A stretch of DNA of 64,000 nucleotides, from contig JAWQFM010000008.1 of NCBI GenBank assembly GCA_033442325.1, forward strand, positions 1,186,123 to 1,250,122, given 5' to 3'. A program made the translations under genes and the position numbers. The stretch is from Salpingoeca rosetta. Lineage: Eukaryota > Protista > Choanoflagellata. The notes beneath the pieces are model-generated. The model searched no databases. It was not told where the DNA came from and saw nothing but the letters and a program-made list of their open reading frames with translations. Position 1 is the first letter of the stretch. Each line of letters starts with the position of its first letter. Below, piece by piece: positions 1-23,715 of this stretch.

Positions 1-345
1 TTCATTGCCTCCTTTTATTGCTTCCTTTCTTCCTTCATTGCCTCCTTTTATTGCTTCCTTTCTTCCTTCATTGCCTCCTTTTATTGCTTCCTTTCTTCCT
101 TCATTGCCTCCTTTTATTGCTTCCTTCCTTCCTTCATTGCCTCCTTTTATTGCTTCCTTCCTTCCTTCCTTCTTTCCTTCCTTCCTTCCTTCATTACCTC
201 CTTTTATTGCCTCCTTTTATTGCTTCCTTCCTTCCTTTCTTCCTTCCTTCCTTTCTTCCTTCCTTCCTTCCTTCCTTCATTGCCTCCTTTTATTGCTTCC
301 TTCCTTCCTTCCTTCCTTCCTTCCTTCCTTCCCTCCTTTTATTGC
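1..345. repeat. Pyrimidine-rich minisatellite (about 33-bp unit TTCATTGCCTCCTTTTATTGCTTCCTTTCTTCC) decaying into (TTCC)n
   Basis: Unit directly visible in tandem at 1-150, with further degenerate copies to about 345. Confidence 0.9.
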
Positions 346-633
346 TTGCTGCATTGCTTCGGTGCCGTTTCAGTGCTCACGTGTTGCACTTGCCTGGCTG
401 CACCACACGATCACAACGTTCCCACCACAGGGCAAATAAGGCGCATACACGCGACCGGCACAGGGGCATGCGAGCAACAGCTGTTGGCTCACGGAACCAT
501 GTTGTTGCCGTTTGCATGTGCTTCTGTGCGTTGTGCCATGTTTCGTTTTCTTGTCTTTCTCTCTGCAGCGAGGGGTGCAGGCCACTCCCCACTTGCCCTC
601 TCTCTTACTTTTAGTCAACATCAAGAAGAAGAA

Positions 634-655
634 GAACAACAACAACATCATCATC

Positions 656-711
<56 letters not shown>

Positions 712-712
712 C
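634..712. repeat. (CAA)n/(CAT)n microsatellite
   Basis: Direct inspection. Confidence 0.9.
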
Positions 713-1314
713 GCACGCTTATCTTCTGTAGTAGACAATACACGCGAACGCATCATCCCCGAGCCGACAAGCGTGAAGCTGAACAATAACAGAAAAAAAA
801 AAGCGATCAAAGAGGCGGCTGTGCAATGCCACCACGTTTGGAGCCGTCCACGCGTTGACCCAAGGACGTCTTGAACGCAAGCGTTCGAGATGAAGCAAAC
901 ACATTTGATCTTCTGATAACGCACAAGCCATCGGATCGCTTGAGGGTTTTCGGGGAACAGCCCATATGAACGAAAGTTATGACAACAACACTGCATACTT
1001 GCTTGAGTTATGAAATCGTCTTTAGGTCTGACGTCACAGCAGAACAGACTGCCTGTTCCTGGCCGCTGTGGCTACCATTTGGGGGTGTCGATGTTTCCCT
1101 CATCAACAATGCACTTTGCCCCTCACTGTTTGATGTTTTATGCTGACGCCCATATTGCAAGGCAGAAGCCGCAAGACAAACACGGGACGCAAAACAGCAG
1201 AGCACACCACTCGCATCACAGACTCACAGTAACAGCACACCATAAACATGGACATGTACGAAAGCGTGCATCGACAACGAAGCCAGGAACCACAAGAGCA
1301 CGAGCTGCCATGCA

Positions 1315-2688
1315 TCACTTCTTGCCCTTGCGGCGCTTGGCAAGCTTCTTCTTCCTCTTCTTGATGTGCTTCGGGGTCTTGCTGGCACGACGCTCCCGGT
1401 TAAACTCCTTCACAGCCTTCTTCCTCTCCGCCTTTGTCATCCCACTCAAGTCGGGCAGCTGACCAGGCAACGCCCACTCGTCGTCATCATCGTCGTCATC
1501 ATCGTCGTCATCGTCATACGAGCCATCGCTGTCGCCATCATCCTCATCATCGTCATCATCGCCATCACCCTCATTCCCCTTGCCACTTGTCGCCCGCACG
1601 TCATCACCATCACTGCCACCTGTCGTGTCCTTCGTCCGTAGCGGCGCATTGGCAGCGACCGTCGGCAGCTGCGGCAGAAGCGACTGGAGCGCTGGGTCCA
1701 GCATCAACATTTGTGCAGTGTCAACCTCACCGCCACCCACAGCCTGACCCTCATCATCATCATCATAGTCGTCGTCATCATCATCATCATCATGGTGGTG
1801 GTCTTCATCGTATTTCGTGTCATGATGGGCGCCGCCCTCATACCGCGCACGTGTCTCATCATCACCATCATCACCATCATCACCATCAGCCTGTGTGGCG
1901 GTGGTGCCGGGCTTGTGTCGCGCATACAATCGCTCCAGAACAGCGGGAACGGTGCGCGCGCCGGTCAAGTCATCGCGCATGCCCGTCAGCACCTGGAAGT
2001 GCAACTGTTGTGCATGAAGAAAAACAAGGGAGGGGGGTGCTGTGAGTTGAAAGGTGGAATGACGGCACGCTGACGTGTGGGGAGGCAAGGGCGAGTGACG
2101 CAAGAAAACACAGCGAACAAGCGGAGTGCAACACGGAACTGTTCGCGCCACATCACACCACGACGATGACAGCAGCAGCAGTAACCACAGTAGCAGCGGC
2201 AGCAAGTGCTGACCAAGTCTGTTTGGCCTGCGATGGCGCTGCGGATGTGGCGCGCTTGCATCTCGTCGAGGGAGCCAGGGATGAACACCTGCTGGAACAC
2301 AGAGTCCTCAATCTGACGACACAAGCGAGAACAGGCGGGCGTGAACACACGTGAGGGTGATCCACAATGTGCTTGCTTGCGCGCGCGCGCGCGTGTGTAC
2401 GTGCGTGTGCGTGTGTGTGTATGTGTGTGTGTGTGTGTGTGTGTGCAAAGAGAAGTGCTCATGAACGGCACCTCTGCAAAAAACAAAGAAGCACAGGAAC
2501 TGGGCCAGCGCCAGAGTATGACCATCACAGCCGCGATGGTCACACAATTCATCCAGTCCCACCTCCAATTGGGCGGCTGCTTCTGGGTCTTGTTCGAGGG
2601 TGAGCCGTTCTTGGAGCCTGTAAGCAATGAAGGCATGAGGCCATGACAGTCAGTTTAGCACGAGTGGCACACCGCAGGTGCACATGTG

Positions 2689-2761
<73 letters not shown>

Positions 2762-4335
2762 TGCGTGTGCATGTGTGTGTGGGTGCGTGTGCGTGTGTGT
2801 GTGCATGTGTATGTATGTTTGTGCGACTCACGCGAAACGGATTGCCTGCAAGCACTCGTCGACGTTCTCGTCTGTGATGAGCGGGTCTGTGATGAATTCA
2901 AACAGGTCCCTGTTTGTCATCGTGTCCACCTTGAACTTGCTGCTGAAGAAATCTGTCAGGTGGATCAAAGACAACAACAGAGAACAGTAGGGAGGCAGCA
3001 CACGACCACGCCACGAGGTGCAAATAAGATCCTTCAGGGTGGACTGGGCAGGCACGCAAGCGAACAGGCAAAAACAAATACGCTTACGCATTTCACACAC
3101 ACAACACACAACACACAACACACAACACACACCACACACAACACACACCACACACAACACAGCAATCAACCAACCCACCGTTGATGTTCTTGATATCGCG
3201 GCGAAGAAATTCCTTTGAGTGGGGATGGTTGTGCTCAACAGACTGTGACACATCAATGAAGATGAGCCCACCATCGTGATACCTGAGATACACGTGCGCG
3301 TGCGTGCATGCATGTGTGCGTGCATGTATGTGTGTGAATGGGGAGTAATTCCCTATCTGGGTGCAAGGACCGCTCACAAACACACACACACGCGCGCGCA
3401 CACAACTTCGCACTCAACCCATGCACGAAACCAAACCAGCACGTCCACAGCAACCCTGTGCCTCCTCCTCCTCTTCCTCCTCGACAGCCACCAAAGCACG
3501 TGCAACTGACAGGATGTTGTATTCGCTCAGATCGCCGTGGACGAGGCCGCACGTCATGTACATGCGACGCATTAGCATCGCGCACTCAAAGTACAGCTCG
3601 CTCGCCTTTGCTGCAGACACATCCGCATCCTTCAGGCGCGGTGACGGCCACCCTGGTGTGCATGTGTGTGTGTGTGCGTGTGTGTGTGTGTGTGTGTGTA
3701 ACGTTAGCGATGGCAAGTATGAAGCTCGGGGTCTAGCTTTGGAGGCAGTGGTTCAGTATTGAGACAGCCCTTGTACTGACGCTTGTTGCAACACGCAGAC
3801 ACACACACGGGCGCGCGCACACACATGTTCGCAACAAGTACAATTTGGCTGTCACCCCGCCCACCTTCAGAGCCGAAAAACTGCATGACGATGAGGTGGG
3901 ACTTGAGCTCAATGGGCTTTGGGCTGGGCACGCCGCCCGCATTGAGGCGAGCAAGGTTTCGAAACTCCTTCTCCGCCCACACCTGCAGCGGACACACGGA
4001 AGCACGTATGGTGTATGATTGAGTGAGTGGTTGTGTGTGTTTTGTGTGTGTGTGTGTGTGTGACTGCTTGATTAAACGCAGGACATGCATGCAATTGAGT
4101 GTTGTGGAGGGCGAGGTATGCTGGATCAAGCACAACGTGCCGGCTCACCTTGACCATCTTGCGCGGGTTGTGTTTGCTGTACCCGTGACGGAAACGAAAC
4201 TCGCCCGTCACATACTGGTCGCGGTCCTGTGTGGAGCACACAAACACATCACAGCACGGCATGTGAGTGGCTTGACTGCACAGGCGTGGGCGAATGCATT
4301 TGGGACTGCACACACACACACACACACACACACGA

Positions 4336-4367
<32 letters not shown>

Positions 4368-4972
4368 ACACACACACACAGACATACACAAAAACACAAT
4401 CAACGAACACGCCCACCAGCATCATCTCCATCACCACCACCACCACCACTATCGTGACGTCAACAAACCTTGAAGACAAGGATTGATGTTTTGTAAATCT
4501 TAACAGCGTACTCATCGCCGCCTGCAATGGCCATCCATCATCACATGCATGCGCACACGCAGGGCACACAGCCCAGTCAGTTGTGCGTTTTCGTAACGAC
4601 TCATATCCCTTGCGCCGACACCATGCAAATCTAAACGCGCAAACACCACACACATACACGTGCACACGCAATCACACAATCACACAATTACAAAAGCAAA
4701 CGCACACACATATACATACAACACACACATACATACACATACAACACACACACATACAACAACACACACATACACATACAACACACACACACCTTCCGAT
4801 GTGGCGTAGTAGACATTCGCTTCCTTGCCGGTGCTGATGCAGCCGTGCACGTTATCAAGCACTTCGCGGTTGATCAGGGACATGAGCATCTTGCGTGTGC
4901 GCCGGTCCATCACCTGTTGCAGAGGTGCGAGCAGTGCGGAGGAGACAGAGAGACAGAGAGACAGACAGACAG

Positions 4973-5003
<31 letters not shown>

Positions 5004-5998
5004 GAGAGAGGAGGGGGGTAGTGCCGACGCGCGAGACGACGGTCGTGAGCACGTTGATGAAGTTGTCCGAGATTAATAGAAGACAACGCAATACAAATAA
5101 AGCCACACAAACGCGTACATACATGTACATCAGCATGCACAAGCACATGGAAGAGTGTGCGCATGTGCACGCACATGAATCCGCACGTCATTTCACACAC
5201 ATGAACTCACACATGGCGTCACACATCACCGAACACACGAACTGACACATGAATCCAAACGGGCGCAAGCAAAGCGCAGCGTGCGACACCTGCTCGGTGG
5301 TGGCGCGATCCGCCCTGTCTGTGTTCCGCAGACGGTTCAGGTTGATTTTCTTGCTTGCCTTCAGCACACGATTGGCAGCAGAATCCTTCAGGCGTGCGCC
5401 CGTGTACGCCTCGACACTCACGCGGCCAGCCTTGCCGGATGCCTTCGTGGTGATCACAGCAGCATGCCGACCATGACAACGAAAGCGCCGCGTGTTACAA
5501 TTAGTTGTTCATGGTGTGAGTCTACGATAAGGTGTGCAGGAGCTCAGTGGGACACGACACGATGAGGTCGCCATGCAGCAGCACCGCCCTCCCTCCCTCC
5601 TTCCCCCACGGCCACACTGGCAATACATAGCAGTGTTTCATTGCAATCAGTCACATGCAGCGTACCCCTTGCTGTCCCCGGCGACGCTGCGAGTTTGGGT
5701 TCTGGCCCCAAGACTGGTACATCTTGGTCAGATCTGCAGCGAGTGCATCAATTGTATAGCGCAGTGGCGTCAGTTGGCGACTCCAACCACACCAACCACA
5801 CGACAAAACAGCGCAAATCCAACCACACGAACAGACGCAGACGAGGCGTGCACGAAAGAAAGGTAGGGGGCAGACAAGGAAAGGGCGAAAGACCGAGGGT
5901 GAAGACAAACGGGGGAAGGGCGAAGCAACTCCCACACCATCATGTCACACACACATACACAAACAAACAAACGAACGAACGAACAAACGCACAAACGA

Positions 5999-6051
<53 letters not shown>

Positions 6052-6442
6052 AACGCACGAACAAACACACAAACGAACGCACGAACAAACACACAAACTC
6101 ACTTCCTCTGCTGGCGGCGTCCTCGAGATCGCCGTGCACGTCATCAATGTCGTCGTCATCGGATTCGTTGTACAAGCCAGCATCATCTGCGCCGCGCAGC
6201 CGGCGGTGGCTCTTATCCGCAAAGTCGATGCTCTCCTCAATCGCCTCCGCTGTGACGGCGTCATCGGAAGCGGGTGCACTTTGTGTTCCCTCTTCACCAC
6301 CATCTCCAGCCACTTCACCCCTCGCAGTTGCCATTGTCATCTTGCTCTCCAGCTCCATGGGCAGGCTGTCGTCTCCCTCCGCATCATCGAACATGCCTTC
6401 CACCTCCTCCAACACGCCTGCCTCGTTTCTCGTCGTCGCCAT
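1315..6442 (-). CDS. RIOK1: RIO1 atypical Ser/Thr kinase (40S maturation), about 13 exons
   Basis: GT-AG-bounded exons join to MATTRNEAG...[10 protein letters not shown]|[10 protein letters not shown]...[14 protein letters not shown]|[17 protein letters not shown]|[26 protein letters not shown]|[10 protein letters not shown]...|...[12 protein letters not shown]|[33 protein letters not shown]; C-terminus [28 protein letters not shown] is typical of RIO1. Confidence 0.95.
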
Positions 6443-6673
6443 TTTTTTTCTTCGACAACTGTACACAAGCACTTGCGGTTGTCTTCTTCTTCTTCTTCTT
6501 CTTCTCTGGCCTTGCCTGTATCTCACTTCAAGGGCTGCACCCCTCTCTCTGCCTCTGTATCGTCGTCGACCCCTCTGTCTCTCTGCACCGTTCACACGGC
6601 TGGACGTGAAATGGTGTCTCTGCAACCACGTGCCGGCTTCTTGTGTTGTGTTGTGCGCGTAATTTGGTGTGGT

Positions 6674-6687
6674 GACTGAATTCAGTC
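6674..6687. promoter_or_regulatory. Perfect 14-bp palindrome GACTGAATTCAGTC in the divergent RIOK1/GT47 intergenic region
   Basis: Seen in sequence; the same core recurs at 27484 and 54936, both upstream of genes. Confidence 0.55.
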
Positions 6688-6825
6688 GCACCGCCGATGA
6701 AGGGAAGAAGACGGCTGAGGCAGCACCAGTTGTGTGGCGGCGGTGGTGGCGGTGAGGAGTGGGGATGCTGCTGCTGTTGTTGTTCTTGGAGCGGCGGCGG
6801 CGGCAGCGGTTGTGGTTGTGGTAGG

Positions 6826-8082
6826 ATGAGGACAGTGGTGGTGCGCGTGGGGTGTGGACTTGCAGCGGCTAGCGTGCTATTGGTGCTGGTGTGGTTGACA
6901 GCAGAGCTGCAGCAACACGGCGGACACCCGCCATGGGAATTAGGGGAATTGGAACAGCAAGCAGAGCGGGAACAAGGTGACCACCACCACCACCACCACC
7001 ACCCACAGCAACGACAGCATCGTGGTTGGCAGCACCACCAGCACACGGGCGCGCAGTTTCGCAGGCGGGAGCAGGAGGGAGCAGGCGACCAGCAAGGGGT
7101 GAGTGGCGGCAGCAAACGGCAACGCGGCACTGGAACTGACGCAAGGGCAGCACGATCAGCAGGCGCGGCAAGCGCAGCGGGACCAGGGGAACGCATAGTG
7201 GTTGTGGGCGTGGAGCCGGCTGCAAGCGACTACGAGTGCTTTGCCAACGTTGATGTAGACGGCAGTGACTATGGACACGTGCGCAAGCACTCCAAGGAGG
7301 AGTTGCAGCGCGTGTGCGACGCCACGCCGCACTGTGCAGGCTTCAACACAAATGGATGGCTCAAGACCTCGACCGCGAAGCGGGTTGCCGGTGCGGCGGA
7401 CCTGTGCGTCAAACGTCAAGTGGCAGAACAGCGAGTGCACGTCTCTGCTGCCAGCGACACTGGGAGCGACGACACCAAGGCGCCCCTGCAGACGGATGTT
7501 GTCGCTGATGTGCTGGGAGCACTATTTTCGCGCCACTTGCGCGTGTACATGTACCCGCTCCCGGAATCACTGCAGCTTCCACCAACACGCGACTACAAGT
7601 ACGCGGCGGAAGCAACATTCACGCGCATGCTGCGCGCCTCCACTTTTTCGACGGACAGTCCAGAGGAGGCACAGCTCTTCTTTGTGCGCGTGAGCTGCGC
7701 AGAGGCGCGCTTCACGCAGCGGGATCGCGAGGCCGGCCAGCGCGCAGCAGATGCGCACGCCACTGCTGTGCTCGCGCACGTGCAGCAGCGTTATCCATAT
7801 TGGAACAGGACGCAGGGCCGCGACCACTTCTTCGTGTGCGGGCACGACATGGGGGCAGCGCCACGCACGGCTGCCGCGCGCATGTTCCCGTCCGCGCGCA
7901 ACATGATTGCGTTGGTGAACACGGCGGACGTGACAGAGCCGGACTATGTGGTGCACAAGGACATATCTCTGCCGCCACACGTGGGCGACGGCTGTCCCAC
8001 GTGTATTCAGGGCGGGCATGACCTTCTCCAGCGGCTTGCTCGCGCGCAGCAGCAGCAGCAGCAACAACAACAACAACAGCAA

Positions 8083-8171
<89 letters not shown>

Positions 8172-8172
8172 G

Positions 8173-8262
<90 letters not shown>

Positions 8263-8833
8263 GCAGCAGCAGGGAAGGGAAGATTCCGATGGCATTGAAA
8301 CAGCGGCAGGTGGAACAACGCTGCCGCGAGACATGCTGGCATTTGTGGCAGGGAACATGCAGCGCGGCAGGGTGCGACCACTGTTGTATGATACACTGGT
8401 GAACGAACGCGATGTTGTTGTGGTGGACGGCTATCTGTCTCCCGGTGCGTACATTGACCAATTGCTGCACACCAAGTACTGTCTGCTTCCCCGCGGCCAC
8501 CGCGCGTGGAGCCCGCGCCTGATGGATGCCATCTGGGCCGGCTGTGTTCCCGTGTTCATTGCCGACCACTACGACCCGCCGCTGGCGAAGTATGTTGACT
8601 GGGCGCTGCTGGCCGTGTTTATTGCAGAGGCCGACGCAGCGCACATCAAGGCGCACCTGGAGATGGACGCACGCACCATGTACGCGCACCGGTCTGCCTA
8701 CATTGCCCGCGTGCGTGATCGCCTCACCTGGTGGGACCCTGCTCAGCGCCAACACACCATGGGCCGAAGCACATCCGCCTTTGACCTCGTGATGCTGGAG
8801 CTTGCTCTTCGCGTAGGCGGGCGACGACGATGA
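6826..8833 (+). CDS. Exostosin-family (GT47) glycosyltransferase, type II membrane protein with a PAN/apple-like module; reading frame broken at about 8173 within a polyQ repeat
   Basis: Signal anchor VGCGLAAASVLLVLVWL; GT47 motifs LRVYMYPLP, TDSPEEAQLFFV, YPYWNRTQGRDHFFVCGHDMG, KDISLPP in ORF 6697..8298, then LAFVAG, TKYCLLPRGHRAWSPRLMDAIWAGCVPVFIAD in ORF 7946..8833. ATG 6697 is an alternative start. Confidence 0.88.
8047..8272 (+). repeat. (CAA/CAG)n tract inside the GT47 gene
   Basis: 42 Gln codons, one extra base at 8173, then 33 Gln codons in the next frame. Confidence 0.95.
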
Positions 8834-8835
8834 TG

Positions 8836-8931
<96 letters not shown>

Positions 8932-8970
8932 AATAATGATGATGATAATGATGATGATGATGATGATGAC
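8830..8970. repeat. (TGC)n then (GAT)n microsatellite just downstream of the GT47 stop
   Basis: Direct inspection. Confidence 0.9.
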
Positions 8971-10090
8971 TTGCCATTTTGCTTGCCGTCCAGTAGTTTG
9001 TGTGTGCGTATGCGTGCGTGTGTCGTGTGTGCGTGTCTATGTGTATGCCATTTGTGCTTGTGTGTGTGCCATTTGTGCTTGTGTGTTATTTAGTGTGTGT
9101 CTTTGTATGACCGTGCTTCTTCTGTCCTCCCCCTACACCCCTCCTTCCACCTCCCCTTGCCCCTGTGTCTCTTCCATCGATCACACCTCACAACACTGCG
9201 CACACACACGCAGTCACACCTCACAACAGGCACACAAAACAGCGCGCCTGATTGGCTGTTTGCACTTTGCGTACCGTGACATGCAATTTGCAACTAAAAT
9301 TAAATTTGAGAGAGTTATGTATATCTTCCTGAGACCCGCGTCTTTCGTCGGGGGCAATCTTGCAGGAAGTGCTGTCCAATTGCCACTGCCACTTCCAAAA
9401 CACTTCCTTTGTTTGGGGCCGTCGCTTTGTGTGTGTCAGCGCAGCCACACAAACGACAGGAGAAAACGCAAGTCGACGACGCGCTTGTTTTGCTTGCGTG
9501 CAATGAGCTTGTCCACCCAACAAACCACAGACACGAAGACAAAGGAAGAGAGAAGCACGCCAAAGGTTTAGCGTGCCTGGCTGGTGACATCGTCGTGTGA
9601 GGTTGTTGTTCCGCAAGCTGCTGACAGTGGTCTGCTCATTGCTTCGAGCACGCACACACGCACACGCGCACAAACAAAAACAAGGTCTGTGCCTTCCACG
9701 AATAAGGTCGTGGCTGACACCTACTTCGTGTGTGTGTGTGTGTCTTCTCCGTGTGTGTCTTCGTGCGTGTCTGCGTGTGTGTCTGCATGTGTATGTGTGT
9801 GTCTGCTGCTTGCTTCCACTCTCCAGTGCCCCTGCCCCCCCCTCTTCCACTGGCCACAGATTGATTCTGTCTCTGTCATCCTGTCATCGTTTCCACTGCG
9901 TCACCTTCATATCTCCCCTCGCCCAATCCAATCTCACCATTTCTGTCTCCTCTCACACCTCCGCCTTCCATCATCTCTTCGCCCCACCAGCAGATCTCCC
10001 AACAACACGCACCGTCGCGCTCAGCACGCACGCACGCACGCACACCCCGTTATCTCCCTTCCCTTCCCCCCCCCCGACAGATTTGGCAAC

Positions 10091-11518
10091 ATGGCAAGCA
10101 ACACGCCACTGGTCAATGTCACCTCCGTGTACACGCAACGCCAGGGTGCGCTGCGCTCCGCCACCGCAACCGTGGAGCTGCCGCTGAACACCGAGCTCAG
10201 CCGGGCCAACGATGTCTGGCTGGCCTTCTTTCAAGACGACACTCCCATCTTGCAGGGGCACCATGACCACACGGTGTCATCACAGACACGGCGCCGGGGG
10301 CGCAGGGCGCGCGCCAACACCAATTCAGCCAGTATCGCCGTCAAGCTGACTTGTGCGGGCGACGTCACCATCTCCAAAGATCCATTGGACTTGAAGCTGA
10401 TCATCGATGGCAAGGACACGCCATTTCGCCTCAACGACCCCAACAGCGCCGCAGTCAGCTCCGCCAAGCTCTGCCTTTGCCATCACCACACACACAAGCG
10501 CTTCATTGACTATATGCAGCGCCTTCAGCTGAGGCTGGAGAGGGCGACAGCCGCCGGCGAAGAGGTGGGGGCCTTCTGTGCCAATGAGAGTTTCACCATC
10601 GAGTGTGCTCGCCGCGCTATCACTGGTCTCCTCATATTTCCGACAGAGAAGGCCATTGTGTTTCTGCGACATGCACGCGAGCTTCTTGGTATTGTTGACC
10701 CCGACTTACTGGCGCAGCATGCAGGCAGCATCAGTCACGGCGATGCTGGTGGTGATGATGACGATGACGCTGACGCTGATGGCGACGATGATGGTGAAGG
10801 TGATGATGATGGTGATGGTGACGATGAGGATGATGACGATGGTGACACTGACGCTCACTGCGATGGTGACGCTGACAGTGGTGGCGAGTGCCATCACCAC
10901 AACAGCGAGGCCACGGATACAGAACAGCTTGAAGCCAGTCTTCTCGAAGACCTTGCTGACGATGACACTGACACATCAGCTGTTGACCCAACGACGGTGA
11001 CGACAGCGCCGACGACGCCCACAGCCAACCACAACGGCTTTTCTGGGCTGCTTCACTATCCACTGTTCATGAGGGACACCGTGACGGACTATCTCGAGGG
11101 ACACACTTCCGACTCTCCAATTTCCCCACCACCCGCCTCGCATCAGGCAAAGCAGCAGGCTCAAGTGCCCACGCACACCCACCTGCTTCTAACCACAACC
11201 CACCCATCTCTCGTGTGCGCGGATAGCGCTTCCACCACAGTACCACCGTTTCCTGAGCATTCATCGCCACAGCTGCCCACAAGTGCGCAGCTCCTCAGCC
11301 TCAACCTACTTCGTGCAGACATCAAGATGTGCACGGACCGCCTAAAACGCAATGGCGTTGCTGTCACAGAAGTTGACACCACGACTCTGGCCGAGTGTGA
11401 TTATGCGGCCAAATATTGCGCACTCCAAGAACACCTGCGCGTTCTCCGGGCCCTGGACCCCGACTCAGATGCAGCCCTGTTCGAGGAGAACCCCTTCAAG
11501 CGCCCCCACCTCGACTGA
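10091..11518 (+). CDS. Hypothetical single-coding-exon protein (about 475 aa) with a globular N-terminus, an acidic middle and a short helical C-terminus
   Basis: Long ORF with coding-like composition from ATG 10091 (MASNTPLV), preceded by a pyrimidine tract and CAG at 10080 (probable 5'UTR intron acceptor); no family recognised. Confidence 0.7.
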   Translation: MASNTPLVNVTSVYTQRQGALRSATATVELPLNTELSRANDVWLAFFQDDTPILQGHHDHTVSSQTRRRGRRARANTNSASIAVKLTCAGDVTISKDPLDLKLIIDGKDTPFRLNDPNSAAVSSAKLCLCHHHTHKRFIDYMQRLQLRLERATAAGEEVGAFCANESFTIECARRAITGLLIFPTEKAIVFLRHARELLGIVDPDLLAQHAGSISHGDAGGDDDDDADADGDDDGEGDDDGDGDDEDDDDGDTDAHCDGDADSGGECHHHNSEATDTEQLEASLLEDLADDDTDTSAVDPTTVTTAPTTPTANHNGFSGLLHYPLFMRDTVTDYLEGHTSDSPISPPPASHQAKQQAQVPTHTHLLLTTTHPSLVCADSASTTVPPFPEHSSPQLPTSAQLLSLNLLRADIKMCTDRLKRNGVAVTEVDTTTLAECDYAAKYCALQEHLRVLRALDPDSDAALFEENPFKRPHLD

Positions 11519-11573
11519 TGTGTGTGTGTGTGTGAGTGAGTGAGTGAGTGTGTGTGTGTGTGTGAGTGAGTGA

Positions 11574-11653
<80 letters not shown>

Positions 11654-12486
11654 CAGGATCAGTTGTGTGTCGTGGTCGTGCTCGTCTCTGCCCGTTCCTG
11701 GTGCCGGTTCTGGCCTCGGTGCAGGGATCCCCCAACCCCAATCCAACACGAGCAACATGCCTCCCTCCCTCATACCAACACATGTGTCTTGCGTAGTGCA
11801 TTCTGGTTCACGCGTTATGTGTTGAGTTTTACTCATTATCATGTCAAGCAGCTCGTCTTAGCGTCTTGTCTCTTCCTGATCCCTTTTTTCTCTTTTCGCT
11901 TCGCTCGGTCGATGTGTTCGCCGGTTCAGTTCACAGTCGTGCCGCCATGCTGGCACGATCCTCCAGACACGTAGTGGATTCATGTGTTGTTTCGGTGCAA
12001 GTGCTGGTTTCATCTCGCTCACTTGACATCGCATTACATTACATTACACCTCGCTCAAGCTGTATTCGATTCGTCGTTCATTATTCATTGTGCTTCGCTT
12101 GCCTGTTTGCTTGCTTGTTGCTTGCTTCTCAGCTGCCTTTGTTTGTTACTTTCGCCAACGCCATTGCCTGGGTTCGGTTGGTTTGGTTTCGCTCTCGTTC
12201 CATTTCATTGAGAAGTGTGCCTCTTCTCCTATGGCGCGACAATCACAATTACACAGAGAAAGTGCGTAGCAGTCGCAATGGAAACACAACAAGCCAACTG
12301 TTCACACGTTTGCACGTGCGTGCAGTGAGTGCCCTATGCATGCAAGCAAGCATAAAGCAAGTATGAAGCAAGCACGAAGCAAGCATGAAGCAAGAATGAA
12401 GCCACACGCACCCACGCACCCACACCCACAAACACACCCACAAACACACAAACACACACACACACACACACACACCCACAGTATGG

Positions 12487-17124
<4,638 letters not shown>

Positions 17125-17288
17125 CGTGCTCGTGGGCTGCGCTCTGTGCTTGCTTGATGGTGCTTGGTGCTCTCGCCTTCGCCTTCGCCTTTGTGTTGTT
17201 GTGTTGCGCAAAAATCACACACGAGCAACAGAACGAACACAAGGAGAAGCGCGTTGACCGCCACTGCAACGCACCCTCCAACACCCCC

Positions 17289-17394
17289 CGTCTCTCGTCT
17301 CTCGTCACTCGTCTCTCGTCTCTCGTCTCTCGTCTCTCGTCTCTCGTCTCTCGTCTCTCGTCTCTCGTCTCTCGTCTCTCGTCTCTCGTCTCTC
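17289..17394. repeat. Heptamer tandem repeat (CGTCTCT) about x15 in the divergent CDK5RAP3/GatC intergenic region
   Basis: Direct inspection. Confidence 0.9.
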
Positions 17395-17419
17395 TACTTG
17401 TACTGCACCGAAGTGATTG

Positions 17420-20765
<3,346 letters not shown>

Positions 20766-20775
20766 GCGCCATCAA

Positions 20776-20845
<70 letters not shown>

Positions 20846-20928
20846 CCGAGGAACTCTATGAATAATATCCATAAACGTCACAACTTCACTTGACACCCAC
20901 AACGACAACAGACAAGCAAGCAAGAGCG

Positions 20929-23296
<2,368 letters not shown>

Positions 23297-23715
23297 AAAG
23301 GCCTCAACAGCCGCCTCCACAATGTGCAATCTGTCATGACGTGAGGACACGTTCACACGCATCTATGGACATGTGCGCGCGCGTGTGTGCGTGTCAATGT
23401 CATGTCTCACGTCAAACATTTGTTCGTGCATATCTTTTACATGACCTGCCTTCTTTGCTGCCATTCAATAACCAGTAGACAAAAGCAAACGTTATGGCAT
23501 GCCGTGTTGTTTCCTGCCCACGAGCGTTGTCGCTGGTCAACGTGTTGGATGAAGGGGACGGGCGCAACCAAGCGTGACATGCACACACAAGCGAGAACAC
23601 AACGTGTGCGGCGGGCTTCACTGGGTCACAGCAATGGCAACAAACACAAGACCAGTCATGCCCCAAGGTGTAACACGTCAAAGAGGAAACAGAAAGAAGG
23701 GACAGAAGATGGAAA

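Noticed and set aside
5-1300. ORFs over the 33-bp minisatellite and (CAA)n tract as a gene
   Set aside because: No recognisable domain or coherent splice chain; could be the tail of a gene outside the window but unsupported
2893-2900. TGAATTCA as a fourth copy of the promoter palindrome
   Set aside because: Lacks the flanking C and G and lies in a RIOK1 coding exon
8173-8298. Mucin-like poly-Thr C-terminus of the 533-aa ORF
   Set aside because: It is the out-of-frame reading of the CAA repeat; the GT47 domain continues in the other frame
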